Shown here: one piece after another, positions 18,285-28,394 of the stretch
Numbering within the stretch: position 1 is the first letter of the stretch
Layout of the letters: every line of letters starts with the position of its first letter
From: Deltaproteobacteria bacterium
Lineage (GTDB): Bacteria; Myxococcota_A; UBA9160; SZUA-336
Length of the DNA: 64,000 nucleotides
Assembly (NCBI GenBank): GCA_029261895.1
Contig: JAJDAK010000011.1
Span: 3,424 to 67,423 of the forward strand
Direction of reading: 5' to 3'
The notes under the pieces: model-generated
The model's input: only the letters and a program-made list of their open reading frames with translations
What the model was told of the DNA's origin: nothing
The model's database searches: none
Translations under genes and position numbers: made by a program

Positions 18285-19924
18285 CCATGGCCATCAATCG
18301 TCACAGCGTCGGTGGCGAGGCGCTTTTCCGCGGCTGCACGCAGGGGACCCAGTTGAACCTTCTCCGTACCTGTGAGTTCGAGTTCCCCGGGTTCAAAGAA
18401 GAGCACGGCTTTCGGAACCTTGTATGCCGCAAGTTTACTGCGTAAAAACTCGCGCAGCTCCGCCTCTTGAATCGATGAACCTTCCACACGTACGACGCAG
18501 AGAACTACCGCTTCTCCAAGCGTCGGATGCGGAACGCCGACCGACCTACCGAGTCGAACATCGGGATGCATTTCAATATGCCCATCAATCTCGACCGGCG
18601 ATACATTCGCACCCCCGGTCTTGATCAAGCTTGAAAGTCGCCCGGTCCAATGCAGATAACCCTCCGCGTCCAGCCAACCACCGTCTTGCGTGTGGAAGTA
18701 ACCGTTCGCGTCGAAAGTTTCTTCGGGCGGCACTTTGTAATAACCACTCATCAGGGTGACGCCGCGTATGACGATCTCGCCCGTCTGCCCCGGCGATAGA
18801 ATCTCTCCGCTCTCCGCATCCATGATCCGCAGCTCCACACCCGGCAGTGGCCGGCCATGCGTCTTCTTCCGCAGTTCGAGCGCGGCATCGGCCGGGATCG
18901 AACTTGCGATCGTGAAGCTTTCGCTACAGCCATACGAACCCTCGGGATCCCAAAGGTCTTCCGTGAGCCCCGCGAACTTCGCCAACGGGTTGCTGAATTT
19001 AACCTTCTGAAGCGCGGATAAATCTCGCGTGGCCGCTGTGGGATGTTCACCAAGCTGCTTCTCCTGATGCGGCCAGGCATGTAGCGTCGTGACAGCTTCG
19101 CTTTCGATCAGATCGAGGGCCGCACCCGCTTCAAAAACCTCCTGCAAAACCAGGCATGCGCCCGCGGCGAACGTCGCACCCAAAGACATCGCGATCCCGG
19201 CTGTCCAGAAAAATGGTTGCGCAGTCCACACAACATCATCGGGTGCCAAGCGCATCTGCTCGGCGAAACGCCAGCTCTGAATCACCGGGGTACGCTGTCG
19301 ATGCATCACGCCCTTCGGCATGGCGGTGGTGCCTGAGGTGTAGATCAGCAGCGCTGGGTCGGTGGGCTTAACTTCAAGCATCACACTCTCGAGAAATTCA
19401 TCCGATACTTCGTGCCCAAGCTGAAGAAACTCGCTCGGCTCATCCATGCATTGAACACGACGCAACATCGGCAAAGCATTGGTTCGAATTCGACCCGCCG
19501 GCGCTTTTCGAATCTCGGGATATTCTTCGACAAGCTCGTCGAGATATTGATGTTTCAACAACTGTGATTGCAGCAGCAGCACTTCCGCGTCGCTATGCCG
19601 CAGAATATGATTCCGTTCCTCGCGATTCGCGAACGTATTCACCGGGACGATGACCGCTCCGATCATCCCGGCACCCAGCATATTGAAAACCCACTCTGGG
19701 CGGTTTCCAAAGAGCAGCGCGACGTGCTGCCCCTTGCCGACACCGGCGGCGAGCAGCGCTTTGGCGCGCTGTCGTGCTTCCCATTCTAAATCACGGTAGG
19801 TCCAGACACGATCTTCGAAGCGAATGCAGGCGCGATCCGCGTGGTGACCCGAAATGCGACGCAGAAACTGACCGAGTGTGAGTTCCGCTTCCGCTTGCCC
19901 CACCCACGCATCGGAAGCTTGCAT
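18260..19924 (-). CDS. Acyl-CoA synthetase (class I adenylate-forming enzyme)
   Basis: YTSGTTAMPKG, YGCSE, TGRLSSLIKTGGANVSP motifs. Confidence 0.92.
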   Translation of the reverse strand: MQASDAWVGQAEAELTLGQFLRRISGHHADRACIRFEDRVWTYRDLEWEARQRAKALLAAGVGKGQHVALLFGNRPEWVFNMLGAGMIGAVIVPVNTFANREERNHILRHSDAEVLLLQSQLLKHQYLDELVEEYPEIRKAPAGRIRTNALPMLRRVQCMDEPSEFLQLGHEVSDEFLESVMLEVKPTDPALLIYTSGTTAMPKGVMHRQRTPVIQSWRFAEQMRLAPDDVVWTAQPFFWTAGIAMSLGATFAAGACLVLQEVFEAGAALDLIESEAVTTLHAWPHQEKQLGEHPTAATRDLSALQKVKFSNPLAKFAGLTEDLWDPEGSYGCSESFTIASSIPADAALELRKKTHGRPLPGVELRIMDAESGEILSPGQTGEIVIRGVTLMSGYYKVPPEETFDANGYFHTQDGGWLDAEGYLHWTGRLSSLIKTGGANVSPVEIDGHIEMHPDVRLGRSVGVPHPTLGEAVVLCVVRVEGSSIQEAELREFLRSKLAAYKVPKAVLFFEPGELELTGTEKVQLGPLRAAAEKRLATDAVTIDGHGYLVAGQA

Positions 19925-19928
19925 CAGC

Positions 19929-21083
19929 TCAACCCGCCGGAAGCATGACCTCGGCTGCCCCGATTGCCATCAGATTGTCGTCCTGATTCGTCATTCTGAT
20001 TTGTAAGGTCGCGATCGGGCTTCCCGACGGATCATCGTAGTTGAGATTGGAGACCTCGCCATCGATGTACGTCACATCGCCCGTCAGCGCGGGTGCGCGG
20101 AACTTCATATCCGAGTGCACGACGAATCCCCACTCGCCCGCCCAATTGGTCAGGTAGTCGACGATCCACGCCCCCATGGATGCGCCGTAGCCGTAGCCGC
20201 GTGGCATGCCAATCAATTGCGCGTACTTCGGCTGCACGTGTCCGCGGGATGGCCCTTTGTAAAGACCGTCATTATGCGACGGGTCAACGGCCGCGCCTTC
20301 ATCGTCGCGAGACATCTCAGGCAACCAACCGGCCTCATAGGTCGAGGACCGACCTTCGTCGTAACTCGCGCCCCAAACCGTCATTAGATACGACCGCCAC
20401 TCGGTTGTGAATGTCATAAGCGAATGCGGACCGATCACGCGCCGCGGAAGTTTGTCGCCGACTTGAACAAAGAGCCGCTTTTCATGACCCAGATCAAGAA
20501 AGCTTCGGTAATACTCCAGCTTCTGACGCTCGACTTCTTCAAGTTCCTCGTCGGTCCACTGTTTCTCTTGCTGGTCTTCGAACGAGGCTCGCTTGCGAGC
20601 TTCCTCGGCCAGGTAGCGAATCGAGGTCGAGCGCTGCTTGCACACGACCTCGCCCGTTTGACCGATGTATGTGGTATCGCCACGCGAAAACATCGTGGGT
20701 CCGGCGAATTTCGTATCTTTGACTGAATAGTCAAAAAGCATCCGCTCGGAACGAATTTTATCGCCGGGCCGAATTCGTGGACCAAAGAACCACCACTCAT
20801 CGCCGCCAAAGAGCATATGCGTGCCGGGGATATTGCCTTGAATCGCCGGAACCGCGCCGTGTCCGACCGTGGTGCAAACTGCAAACGACTGCGGCGCGAC
20901 GAGTTCGCCGAAGTGACCTTCCGCTGCAAATCTCTCGTCGTAGAAGAGCGGATTGGGATTTTGCATTCCCTGCGCCCAGCGTCGGATATCGTTGACGTGA
21001 ATCGGGTCTTTGAACTGGCCGCCACCGATCGGCACGCCCACCCACCGATCAACGTCGCTTGTATCGAACGGGATCTCACTCAT
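19929..21083 (-). CDS. MaoC/FAS1-like double hot-dog dehydratase
   Basis: DIRRWAQGMQNPNPLFYD, FGGDEWWF, HVQPKYAQLIGMPRGYGYG. Confidence 0.82.
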   Translation of the reverse strand: MSEIPFDTSDVDRWVGVPIGGGQFKDPIHVNDIRRWAQGMQNPNPLFYDERFAAEGHFGELVAPQSFAVCTTVGHGAVPAIQGNIPGTHMLFGGDEWWFFGPRIRPGDKIRSERMLFDYSVKDTKFAGPTMFSRGDTTYIGQTGEVVCKQRSTSIRYLAEEARKRASFEDQQEKQWTDEELEEVERQKLEYYRSFLDLGHEKRLFVQVGDKLPRRVIGPHSLMTFTTEWRSYLMTVWGASYDEGRSSTYEAGWLPEMSRDDEGAAVDPSHNDGLYKGPSRGHVQPKYAQLIGMPRGYGYGASMGAWIVDYLTNWAGEWGFVVHSDMKFRAPALTGDVTYIDGEVSNLNYDDPSGSPIATLQIRMTNQDDNLMAIGAAEVMLPAG

Positions 21084-22198
21084 TGGTCAAGACCATAGAT
21101 GCGCTTCACGTTGCCACAGATAATCAGTTCCTTTTCGTCTTGGGGAACATTCTGAAAGAGTTCCCCGATCACTTTGCGGCTGTACGGCCAATCGCAACCG
21201 TGGTGAGGAAAGTCCGTCGACCACGCCATATTGCGAACGCCGACGTCATAGCGATTGCGAATACCGACATGATCGCTCAGAAACGTACACATGAAGTGTC
21301 GATGGAAGTAGTCGCTCGGCAGGCCGCGAATGGTGAGCCCGGTATGGGTTCGGTTGCGCCAATAGAAATTGTCGAGCTGCTCGAGCGCGGTCGGAATCCA
21401 GCCGATATCGACCTCAACACCGCAGATGAAGGCGTTCGGCACGCGATCAAAGAGACCTGAGGTAATCAGCTCGGCCATGATGGGCGGGAAGTTCAACATC
21501 CCCGCCAACGCCATATTGCCAATCGCCGCATGTCCCTCGAGCGCACCCGTCGTGGTGCGACTGCGCTGAATATTGATATGAATGCTAACCGGCAAACCCA
21601 TCTCGGCAGCCGCGGCAAAAAAACGATCGTCTTCATTCGTGAGTTGGTCGCCACCCGCCGGCCACGCGGAGATGATGACGCCGCGCACACCTTTCACCTT
21701 GCAACGTTCCATTTCGGCGATCGCTTCGTCGACACCGAGGTTGGGCATCTGCGCCAGATGAAATAGCCGCTCCGGATCCGCGGCGCAGAACTCGTCCATC
21801 ATGAAATTGTTGTAGGCCTGAATGCCCGAACGATGAAACTCCGTGTCCTTGTTATGCATGTAGTAGTACATCGTGCGCTGACTCGGATAGAGAAACTCGG
21901 CGTCGATGCCATCGAAGTCCATGTCCTCCAATCGCGCTTTGGCCTCAAAGCATGACTGTCGAATCGATTCGTAGGTATTGCCCGACCACTTCATGTCCTC
22001 GTAACTCTGGCCAGCCGTCGTTACCAAACCAATCTTCATCGGCGGTCGACCGTCGTTGAACTGCCACGCATCACCGCCGGCTTCGTCTTTCACCAAGCGC
22101 GGGGCGTCGTCTCGAAACTTACTCGGTAGGTAGGTGTCCCAAATATGCTTGGGTTCGAGCACGTGACAATCGGCGTCGATGATTCTGTAATCCCGCAT
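21080..22198 (-). CDS. Amidohydrolase family protein
   Basis: IIDADCHVLEP, LPVSIH and WSTDFPH motifs. Confidence 0.88.
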   Translation of the reverse strand: MRDYRIIDADCHVLEPKHIWDTYLPSKFRDDAPRLVKDEAGGDAWQFNDGRPPMKIGLVTTAGQSYEDMKWSGNTYESIRQSCFEAKARLEDMDFDGIDAEFLYPSQRTMYYYMHNKDTEFHRSGIQAYNNFMMDEFCAADPERLFHLAQMPNLGVDEAIAEMERCKVKGVRGVIISAWPAGGDQLTNEDDRFFAAAAEMGLPVSIHINIQRSRTTTGALEGHAAIGNMALAGMLNFPPIMAELITSGLFDRVPNAFICGVEVDIGWIPTALEQLDNFYWRNRTHTGLTIRGLPSDYFHRHFMCTFLSDHVGIRNRYDVGVRNMAWSTDFPHHGCDWPYSRKVIGELFQNVPQDEKELIICGNVKRIYGLDQ

Positions 22199-22217
22199 GA
22201 GGCCTCCTCGGATGCAA

Positions 22218-22241
22218 AATCTGACGGTCTGTCAGATTCTA
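22218..22241. promoter_or_regulatory. Operator AATCTGAC-ggtct-GTCAGATT abutting a minus-strand -10 TAGAAT, in a divergent region
   Basis: Perfect 8-bp-arm palindrome; the best copy of the shared motif. Confidence 0.78.
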
Positions 22242-22296
22242 CTTTATATCCCCGATCTGGCCGAAAATCAAGCGATTCCTATGCTAGCGTGGCGCT

Positions 22297-22734
22297 GTGC
22301 CCATCGATGCCATCAGCCATATCGGGATCTGTGTATCCGACCTCGAAAGGTCTCTCACCTTCTACTGCGACCGGCTCGGCTTTCGCGAAGTCGCGGATCT
22401 CGAAATTGCGGGCGCCCAAGCCGAGCGCTTGCTGCAACTATCGAACGTGAAGCTGAAAGCCGTTTACCTCGAACGCGACGGCACACGGATCGAGCTGCTG
22501 AGTTTTGATCAACCCGGCACGGTGGATGACGATGAGGGTCGGCGGCTCAATCGTTTGGGACTGACACATCTCAGTTTCGCCGTTCATGATCTCGATGCGC
22601 TGGTCACCGAACTCGAGCGCGAGGGCGTACGCGTGCTTCACGAAACCCGGATCGGTGATGCGGCCGTTATGGTCACCGATCCCGACGGCACACGAATCGA
22701 GCTCTATCATTCGGACCGCGTGCCTAAGTCGTAG
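22297..22734 (+). CDS. VOC (glyoxalase-like) family protein
   Basis: HIGICVSDLERS..FY, RIELL, HLSFAV and DPDGTRIEL motifs. Confidence 0.9.
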   Translation: MPIDAISHIGICVSDLERSLTFYCDRLGFREVADLEIAGAQAERLLQLSNVKLKAVYLERDGTRIELLSFDQPGTVDDDEGRRLNRLGLTHLSFAVHDLDALVTELEREGVRVLHETRIGDAAVMVTDPDGTRIELYHSDRVPKS

Positions 22735-23845
22735 CGTTTAATCCGAGGCCGTGGCGCGCGATCACGCCGCGCATCATTTCCGATGTACCGCCACCGATGG
22801 TTTCCCAAATACTTTGACGCCACAGTAGTTCGACTGTGCCACCAGCGGCAATGAGCTCGGCTCCCCCGATTTCCTGTGCAAAACGTGCGATGTTTTGACA
22901 GCTAGTGGTCCAGGCGAGTTTGTTGCGCGCGGCTTCAATCGTGGAATTCCGTCCCGCCTCGACGGCGGCGACCACCGAGAGTGCGTGCATCTCAACCTCT
23001 CGAACCTCGACCACAAGCTCTGCCAGCCTTCTCCGTACGAAGTCATCGTCCGTGAGCTGGAGCCGACCCGCAAACGCGATCACGTCTTCGAGATCGCGGC
23101 GCAGACGCTTCGGCGGAAACTGCACGTGACGTTCGGCCGCCAGCGCATCTGCCATCAGTTTCCACGCCCCGTCCTCGGGCCCGACGCGATTGGCCGCGGG
23201 AACCTCGACACCATCGAGTCTGATTTCATTGAGTTGCTCGCCATCCATCAAGGGCAGCGGTTGGATCGATACACCCGCAGCGTGGAGATCGACGATGAAG
23301 AGGCTGAGTCCACGACCTCGGCTCTCTTGCGTGCCGGTTCGCGCCAAGAGCCAGAGGTAATCGGCGTCCTGTGCATACGAAGTCCAACATTTCTCGCCAT
23401 GCATCACGTAGGAGTCGCCTGTCTTTTCCGCGCGGGTACGCACCGAGGCAAGGTCCGACCCTGCCTCGGGTTCCGAATACCCGAGTGAAAAATGCATCTC
23501 ACCCGAGGCAATGCTCGGTAGAAAACGCGCACGTTGTTCGTCGCTGCCATGCTGGATCAATGTCTTCGCGACGATGCCAGGTGCGAGCGGCGGTCGTGCC
23601 GCACGCGTGTATGCCATCTCGTCCCAAAGAATAAATTCAAAACTCGCGGGGCGGTCCAGTCCACCCACCGCCTCTGGCCACGATAGCGAGAGCCAGCCTT
23701 TTCTCCCCATGGCCTCAAAGAGCGCCCGCACTTCCGGCCATCGCCGATCCTGATACAGGAATCCGTTAAGCTCGCGATAGTCGGCTAAGAACTCCCGCAC
23801 TTCGGCACGAAAGCGTTCTGCATCGTCGGGAAACCTAAAGTTCAT
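22724..23845 (-). CDS. Acyl-CoA dehydrogenase (alpha-type subunit)
   Basis: YSEPEAGSDLAS, GEKCWTS, LAAER, TIGGGTSE. ATG at 23845 overlaps the upstream stop. Confidence 0.9.
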   Translation of the reverse strand: MNFRFPDDAERFRAEVREFLADYRELNGFLYQDRRWPEVRALFEAMGRKGWLSLSWPEAVGGLDRPASFEFILWDEMAYTRAARPPLAPGIVAKTLIQHGSDEQRARFLPSIASGEMHFSLGYSEPEAGSDLASVRTRAEKTGDSYVMHGEKCWTSYAQDADYLWLLARTGTQESRGRGLSLFIVDLHAAGVSIQPLPLMDGEQLNEIRLDGVEVPAANRVGPEDGAWKLMADALAAERHVQFPPKRLRRDLEDVIAFAGRLQLTDDDFVRRRLAELVVEVREVEMHALSVVAAVEAGRNSTIEAARNKLAWTTSCQNIARFAQEIGGAELIAAGGTVELLWRQSIWETIGGGTSEMMRGVIARHGLGLNATT

Positions 23846-24693
23846 ACGTCGGACTCGGTGTTCCGCGCATTCGGATCTGGATTCCACTTGGGTTTGCGTT
23901 TTTCCGCGAACGCACACGGCCCTTCCTTGAAGTCTGGGTGTGCCCAGTGCAGGCGAAGCAACGCCCATGCATGCTCGAGCGCGTCTTGGTAGCTGCGCTC
24001 AAGAGAACCCCAAACGGCCTGCTGTGAAAGTGACATCGCCTGTGGGGAATTCTCCAGCATCGCTCGCGCCATTTCCTCCGCGGTTTTGAGCAGTGCATCG
24101 GCAGGAACCAATTCATCCACCAAGCCGAGTTCATAAGCGCGTTTAGCGGGCATCCGATAGTGACGACCCATCAAAGTCATTCTCAGCGCGGAACCCAGCG
24201 GTAGACGTTTCGCGAGACCCACATTCTCAAGCGCACCCACCATTCCCACATTCACGTGCGTATCCATGAACGCGGCGTTCTCGGTTGCGATCACGATATC
24301 TGCGTCGACAACGAAATGAAGACCGGCACCTACCGCGAGTCCGTTGACGGCACAAATCGTCGGCTTCCAGACATCGTTATGTCGCGGTGACCAGAATACG
24401 TCCTCTTTGAACGGTAGATTGTTTGCGACGGCTCCCGATTCATCGATCGACGTAACGTCGAAGCCCGTCGAAAAATGTCGCTCACCCGCCGCGGTCACGA
24501 TTGAGACGCGGACGTCGCCGTCCTCACGCACATCCCGCCAAATCGCACGAAAGATCTGCTCCATCCTCTTCGTGAGTGAATTACCCTTGTCCGGACGGTT
24601 GATGGTGATGAACGCGATTCCATCCCGTTTCTCGTAGAGAATTCCATCGAGTGGGGCCTCGAGGTCAATATCCTCGTATCGAAATTTCACCAT
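23842..24693 (-). CDS. Enoyl-CoA hydratase/isomerase family protein
   Basis: ITINRPDKGN, FSTGFD, KPTICAVNGLAVGAG, EG..AFAEKRKP. Confidence 0.9.
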   Translation of the reverse strand: MVKFRYEDIDLEAPLDGILYEKRDGIAFITINRPDKGNSLTKRMEQIFRAIWRDVREDGDVRVSIVTAAGERHFSTGFDVTSIDESGAVANNLPFKEDVFWSPRHNDVWKPTICAVNGLAVGAGLHFVVDADIVIATENAAFMDTHVNVGMVGALENVGLAKRLPLGSALRMTLMGRHYRMPAKRAYELGLVDELVPADALLKTAEEMARAMLENSPQAMSLSQQAVWGSLERSYQDALEHAWALLRLHWAHPDFKEGPCAFAEKRKPKWNPDPNARNTESDV

Positions 24694-24707
24694 GGATGAT
24701 TCTCCCT

Positions 24708-25637
24708 TCAATCCGAGAACGACTCGAACGCGCGCGTAGCGGCGTTCGCATCGGCAATCGGTGCTGAAATCAACTCACGAATACGACGACCCTGTAGATA
24801 GACTGGCCCTTCGATCGTAATGCCGATCGCGCCAAAGACCTGATGGCAGGTGTAGAGCGTTTCGAGCGCGTTCTTGGCTGCAGATACGCGCGCGGTCGCA
24901 GCAACCGAGGAGGCTTGACCCGTCGCATCGAACTCGTCCGCCGCTGCACGCGCGAGCCATCGACTGGCATGCAGCGATGTGGAGCGGTCGGCCAAGGGAT
25001 AGCTCACGGCTTGAAACTCCCCGATCGCGCGGCCAAACTGCTGCCTTGTCCGCGCGTGTTCGACGGTGCGGGTCAGCAGCGAATCCGCCGCAGCACCCAA
25101 GTACGCCGCCATCGCAATATCGGTCAGTGTGCGCGCGCGCCCAAGACCTGTGAGCTCTCGCTGCCGTGTGACGTCACCTTCAAACCAATCCCCGAGCGCG
25201 GTATTCAAGACGCGCGGCGGGGTGGCGAACTCCACCTGCCACGCGCGCTCGTCGTCGAGCTCAATAAAAACGCCGGCAAGATCCGCCCAGGGGAATAAGC
25301 CTCGCGCACCGACAGTGACCATCCGCTCCCCACTTACAATCGCCTCTACGGTTTCCGGCAGCATGACCTGGCTCGCGTAAACCGTTTCCAGTAGTGGGCC
25401 CGGAAACAACGCACGGCCCAAGGATTCCATGACGGCAGCGAGCTCGATCGCGCCCGATCCGCTCTCGGGCATCATCACGCCGAGAACGCCCAAATCTGCG
25501 AGCGAACGCCAAAGATCATCCGGAAATTTTTCAAGCGCTGCGTGCAAGACCGCTTCATCGCAGTGATCACGGCAAAAGAGATCGATCGACTCTGCGATCG
25601 CCGATTGTGCGTCGTCGTATTCGAGATCCAGACTCAA
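24708..25637 (-). CDS. Short acyl-CoA dehydrogenase-like protein (beta-type subunit)
   Basis: RQQFGRAIGEFQAV and HQVFGAIG; reduced middle domain. TTG start overlaps the upstream TGA. Confidence 0.82.
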   Translation of the reverse strand: MSLDLEYDDAQSAIAESIDLFCRDHCDEAVLHAALEKFPDDLWRSLADLGVLGVMMPESGSGAIELAAVMESLGRALFPGPLLETVYASQVMLPETVEAIVSGERMVTVGARGLFPWADLAGVFIELDDERAWQVEFATPPRVLNTALGDWFEGDVTRQRELTGLGRARTLTDIAMAAYLGAAADSLLTRTVEHARTRQQFGRAIGEFQAVSYPLADRSTSLHASRWLARAAADEFDATGQASSVAATARVSAAKNALETLYTCHQVFGAIGITIEGPVYLQGRRIRELISAPIADANAATRAFESFSD

Positions 25638-26566
25638 GAAATGGCTCCCGCTTGCCAACGCGCCTTGCTCAATGCGAGGTGGTGCGCGCTGACTCCGCCC
25701 AATTCGAGTCGAAGTGCCTGCAGACGCATACTCCAGACATGCAAATCATGTTCGCGTGTATATCCGATGGCGCCGCTGAGTTGATGCGTTTCATTAAAGA
25801 CCTGGCTCGCGGCCAACATACTCTGCGCGGCGGCAGCCGCGACCGCTTCTTCAGGCGCGCCAAGCCAGGCGGCCTCATAGGTCAGCCACCGGCTGCCTTC
25901 TACCAATACGTGACAGTCGGCAAGGCGGTGCTGCACGGTCTGGAATGATCCGATCGCACGGCCGAACTGCTTGCGTGTCTTCAAATAATCCAACGTGCAC
26001 TGCAGAGCGCTCTGCATCGTGCCAACCGCTTCCGCCGCGATGCCCAGGCGCCACCATCGCCGAAGTTTGCTCCCACTGCCGATACCAAGACCTTCACCCC
26101 GAACGCTTTTCAGTCGACCCATCGGATACCCGAAATTCGACGGCACCGGCATCGCATCACCCGCATCAAGGGCCATCAGCTCGGCTTCTTCACCGCGATC
26201 CACGAGGACGGTCCGAGCTTGCGCGGCGAAGCGAATCGGTGCAGCTACATCGCCACTCGCCAGCGCGACGGGCGTACTGGGTTCGTGACGCAACACAGCC
26301 GGCACAACCAGCAGCGACGCCATCGAGGCAACGGTACCCGCCGCAGCTGCACAGGCTTCGACTACAAGTACGGCTTCGAGCGGCCCGGTTTCGCCGCCAT
26401 TCATAAGCTCAGCGAAGCCCGCGCTGATGAGCGCTTCCTCTAGCTCGAAATCGTATTCGGTTTTTCGCGCCAACTCGATCGCGCGTTTGGCACCCGCGCG
26501 TCGCGCAAGCAGTGTCTGCACGGCTTCGAGGATCGCGCGCTGTTCATCGCCGAGTTCAAAATCCAT
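25634..26566 (-). CDS. Short acyl-CoA dehydrogenase-like protein (beta-type subunit)
   Basis: RKQFGRAIGSFQTVQHRLAD and HQLSGAIGYTREHDL. Confidence 0.85.
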   Translation of the reverse strand: MDFELGDEQRAILEAVQTLLARRAGAKRAIELARKTEYDFELEEALISAGFAELMNGGETGPLEAVLVVEACAAAAGTVASMASLLVVPAVLRHEPSTPVALASGDVAAPIRFAAQARTVLVDRGEEAELMALDAGDAMPVPSNFGYPMGRLKSVRGEGLGIGSGSKLRRWWRLGIAAEAVGTMQSALQCTLDYLKTRKQFGRAIGSFQTVQHRLADCHVLVEGSRWLTYEAAWLGAPEEAVAAAAAQSMLAASQVFNETHQLSGAIGYTREHDLHVWSMRLQALRLELGGVSAHHLALSKARWQAGAIS

Positions 26567-26568
26567 CG

Positions 26569-27714
26569 CTACCCCTTCGGCAAGCCGAGCGCGCGCGAGG
26601 CGATCAGACCCAATTGAATCTCGGTTGTTCCCACGGCCACACCGGCCGTCATCGCCATACGGAAATTCTTATCCGCGAAGCCGCCGTACTCGAGCGCATC
26701 CGCGCCATGAACCTGGAGTGCCAACTCGGCAATCGCGCGATCGGCGCGGGTACCAGCGACCCGTGCAACGTTGGAATCCGGCGTCGGTGGTAAACCATGC
26801 GCGCGTTGATCCACCACGCGATACGTCAGTACCCGCGCAGCTTCACAGAGCGCCCGCGCCTCCCCCAAACGCTCCTGAATACGTAGATCATCAAGCAGGC
26901 CGCGCTCGCGCGCGTGCTCTGCGATTTCATCGAGCGTCTTGGCCGCGCGTGCATACCTGGGAGCACCGACACGCTCGTACTGCAGCGCGTAACTCACGAT
27001 CGACCAACCCTCGTGCTCCGGTCCCAAGAGACATCCAATAGGAACCCGTACATCTGTCAAAAAGACTTCGTGGAAGTAGCGATCCCCCACAACCGCTGGG
27101 ATTTCTCGAACCTCTATTCCGGGAAGATCCATGGGCATGAGGAGCACAGAAATACCGCGATGACGCTGCGACTCTGGATCCGTCCGCACCAGCAAGAAAC
27201 AATACTGCGCGTTGTTCGCGTACGAAGTCCAAATTTTCGAGCCGTTCACGACGTAGTCATCACCATCGCGAAGTGCCAGCGTACGCAATGCGACTAAATC
27301 CGAACCCGCTTCGGGCTCAGAAAAACCCTGACACCAAAGCACCTGCCCGCTTGAAATCAAAGGAAGGTGGTGGGCCTTCTGTTCCTCGGTTCCGTACTGC
27401 ATGATCGTCGGACCGATCCAATTCACGTTCATGTACTGCGGACCCCGAGGTTCGCCACGCGCCCACATCTCTTCGCTGAGAACGATATGCCGCCACGCGG
27501 TCGCATCGCCACCACCGTATTCGCTCGGCCAATGCTGCGTGAGCCAGCCGCGTTCGGCGAGTTTACCGGCGAACTCGTAGGAGAACTCCGCCTGCGCGTC
27601 GCTACCGGGGCCGTCTGCGGATAGCTCCGACCATGTTTCGGGCAGCGCTTCCTCAACGAACGCGATCAGCTCGCGTCGATAGCGTCGATCTTCTTCGGAC
27701 CAACCGAACTCCAT
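26569..27714 (-). CDS. Acyl-CoA dehydrogenase (alpha-type subunit)
   Basis: WCQGFSEPEAGSDL, NGSKIWTS, LQYER, GTTEIQ. Confidence 0.92.
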   Translation of the reverse strand: MEFGWSEEDRRYRRELIAFVEEALPETWSELSADGPGSDAQAEFSYEFAGKLAERGWLTQHWPSEYGGGDATAWRHIVLSEEMWARGEPRGPQYMNVNWIGPTIMQYGTEEQKAHHLPLISSGQVLWCQGFSEPEAGSDLVALRTLALRDGDDYVVNGSKIWTSYANNAQYCFLLVRTDPESQRHRGISVLLMPMDLPGIEVREIPAVVGDRYFHEVFLTDVRVPIGCLLGPEHEGWSIVSYALQYERVGAPRYARAAKTLDEIAEHARERGLLDDLRIQERLGEARALCEAARVLTYRVVDQRAHGLPPTPDSNVARVAGTRADRAIAELALQVHGADALEYGGFADKNFRMAMTAGVAVGTTEIQLGLIASRALGLPKG

Positions 27715-27719
27715 GCCGA

Positions 27720-28394
27720 CTACCCTCTTTTTGAGTCCGCCATCAGCTGCTCAACAACATCGGCGTACATCTGCCGCTTCATCGCGCCGTAGGTCTTGCG
27801 ATCCTTGCTCGCGAGCGCGGCTGCACGCTCCAACGCACGTGCACGTAGGTTTTCTTCGGGTACCGCTTCGTCGGCGATCCCCGCTATGACCGCGGCAGCG
27901 GCAGCGTAGCGCGCGCCCGTCAGCGTGGCATCGCGCCAGATGTTGGGCGTTAGCGCCGACTTCACCAGCGCCATCATTCCCGGACGAAACTGAACCTTCA
28001 AGTCAATCTCCGGTAGACAGATGTAGCCACGCTCCTGTCGCATGATGCGGAAATCATGCGCGAGCACGTGCACGGCACCCGCACCGAACGCGTGGCCGTT
28101 GATCGCCGCAATGGTAGGCATCGGAAAAGTAAGGAGTCGCGCCCAGAGCGCCTGGGTATCGGCAAGAAAGCCGATCGCCTCACGGCCAAGCTCGAGAACT
28201 GTCTGCAGATCGAAGCCGTTGGAAAAAAACTTTCCCTCGGCCGTCGTGATCAGCGCCGCAGCGCCCTCCGAAGCCTCGACCTCATCCAGCGCGTCATGGG
28301 TCGCTGTTAGAAACTCGGGCGTGATACGGTTTTCATCCGACCCGAGATTCAATACGAAGACTTCCTTCTCGCGGACCAAACTGATTTGACTCAT
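27720..28394 (-). CDS. Enoyl-CoA hydratase/isomerase (delta3,delta2-isomerase-like)
   Basis: KFFSNGFDL, PTIAAINGHAFGAG, CLPEIDL. Confidence 0.88.
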   Translation of the reverse strand: MSQISLVREKEVFVLNLGSDENRITPEFLTATHDALDEVEASEGAAALITTAEGKFFSNGFDLQTVLELGREAIGFLADTQALWARLLTFPMPTIAAINGHAFGAGAVHVLAHDFRIMRQERGYICLPEIDLKVQFRPGMMALVKSALTPNIWRDATLTGARYAAAAAVIAGIADEAVPEENLRARALERAAALASKDRKTYGAMKRQMYADVVEQLMADSKRG

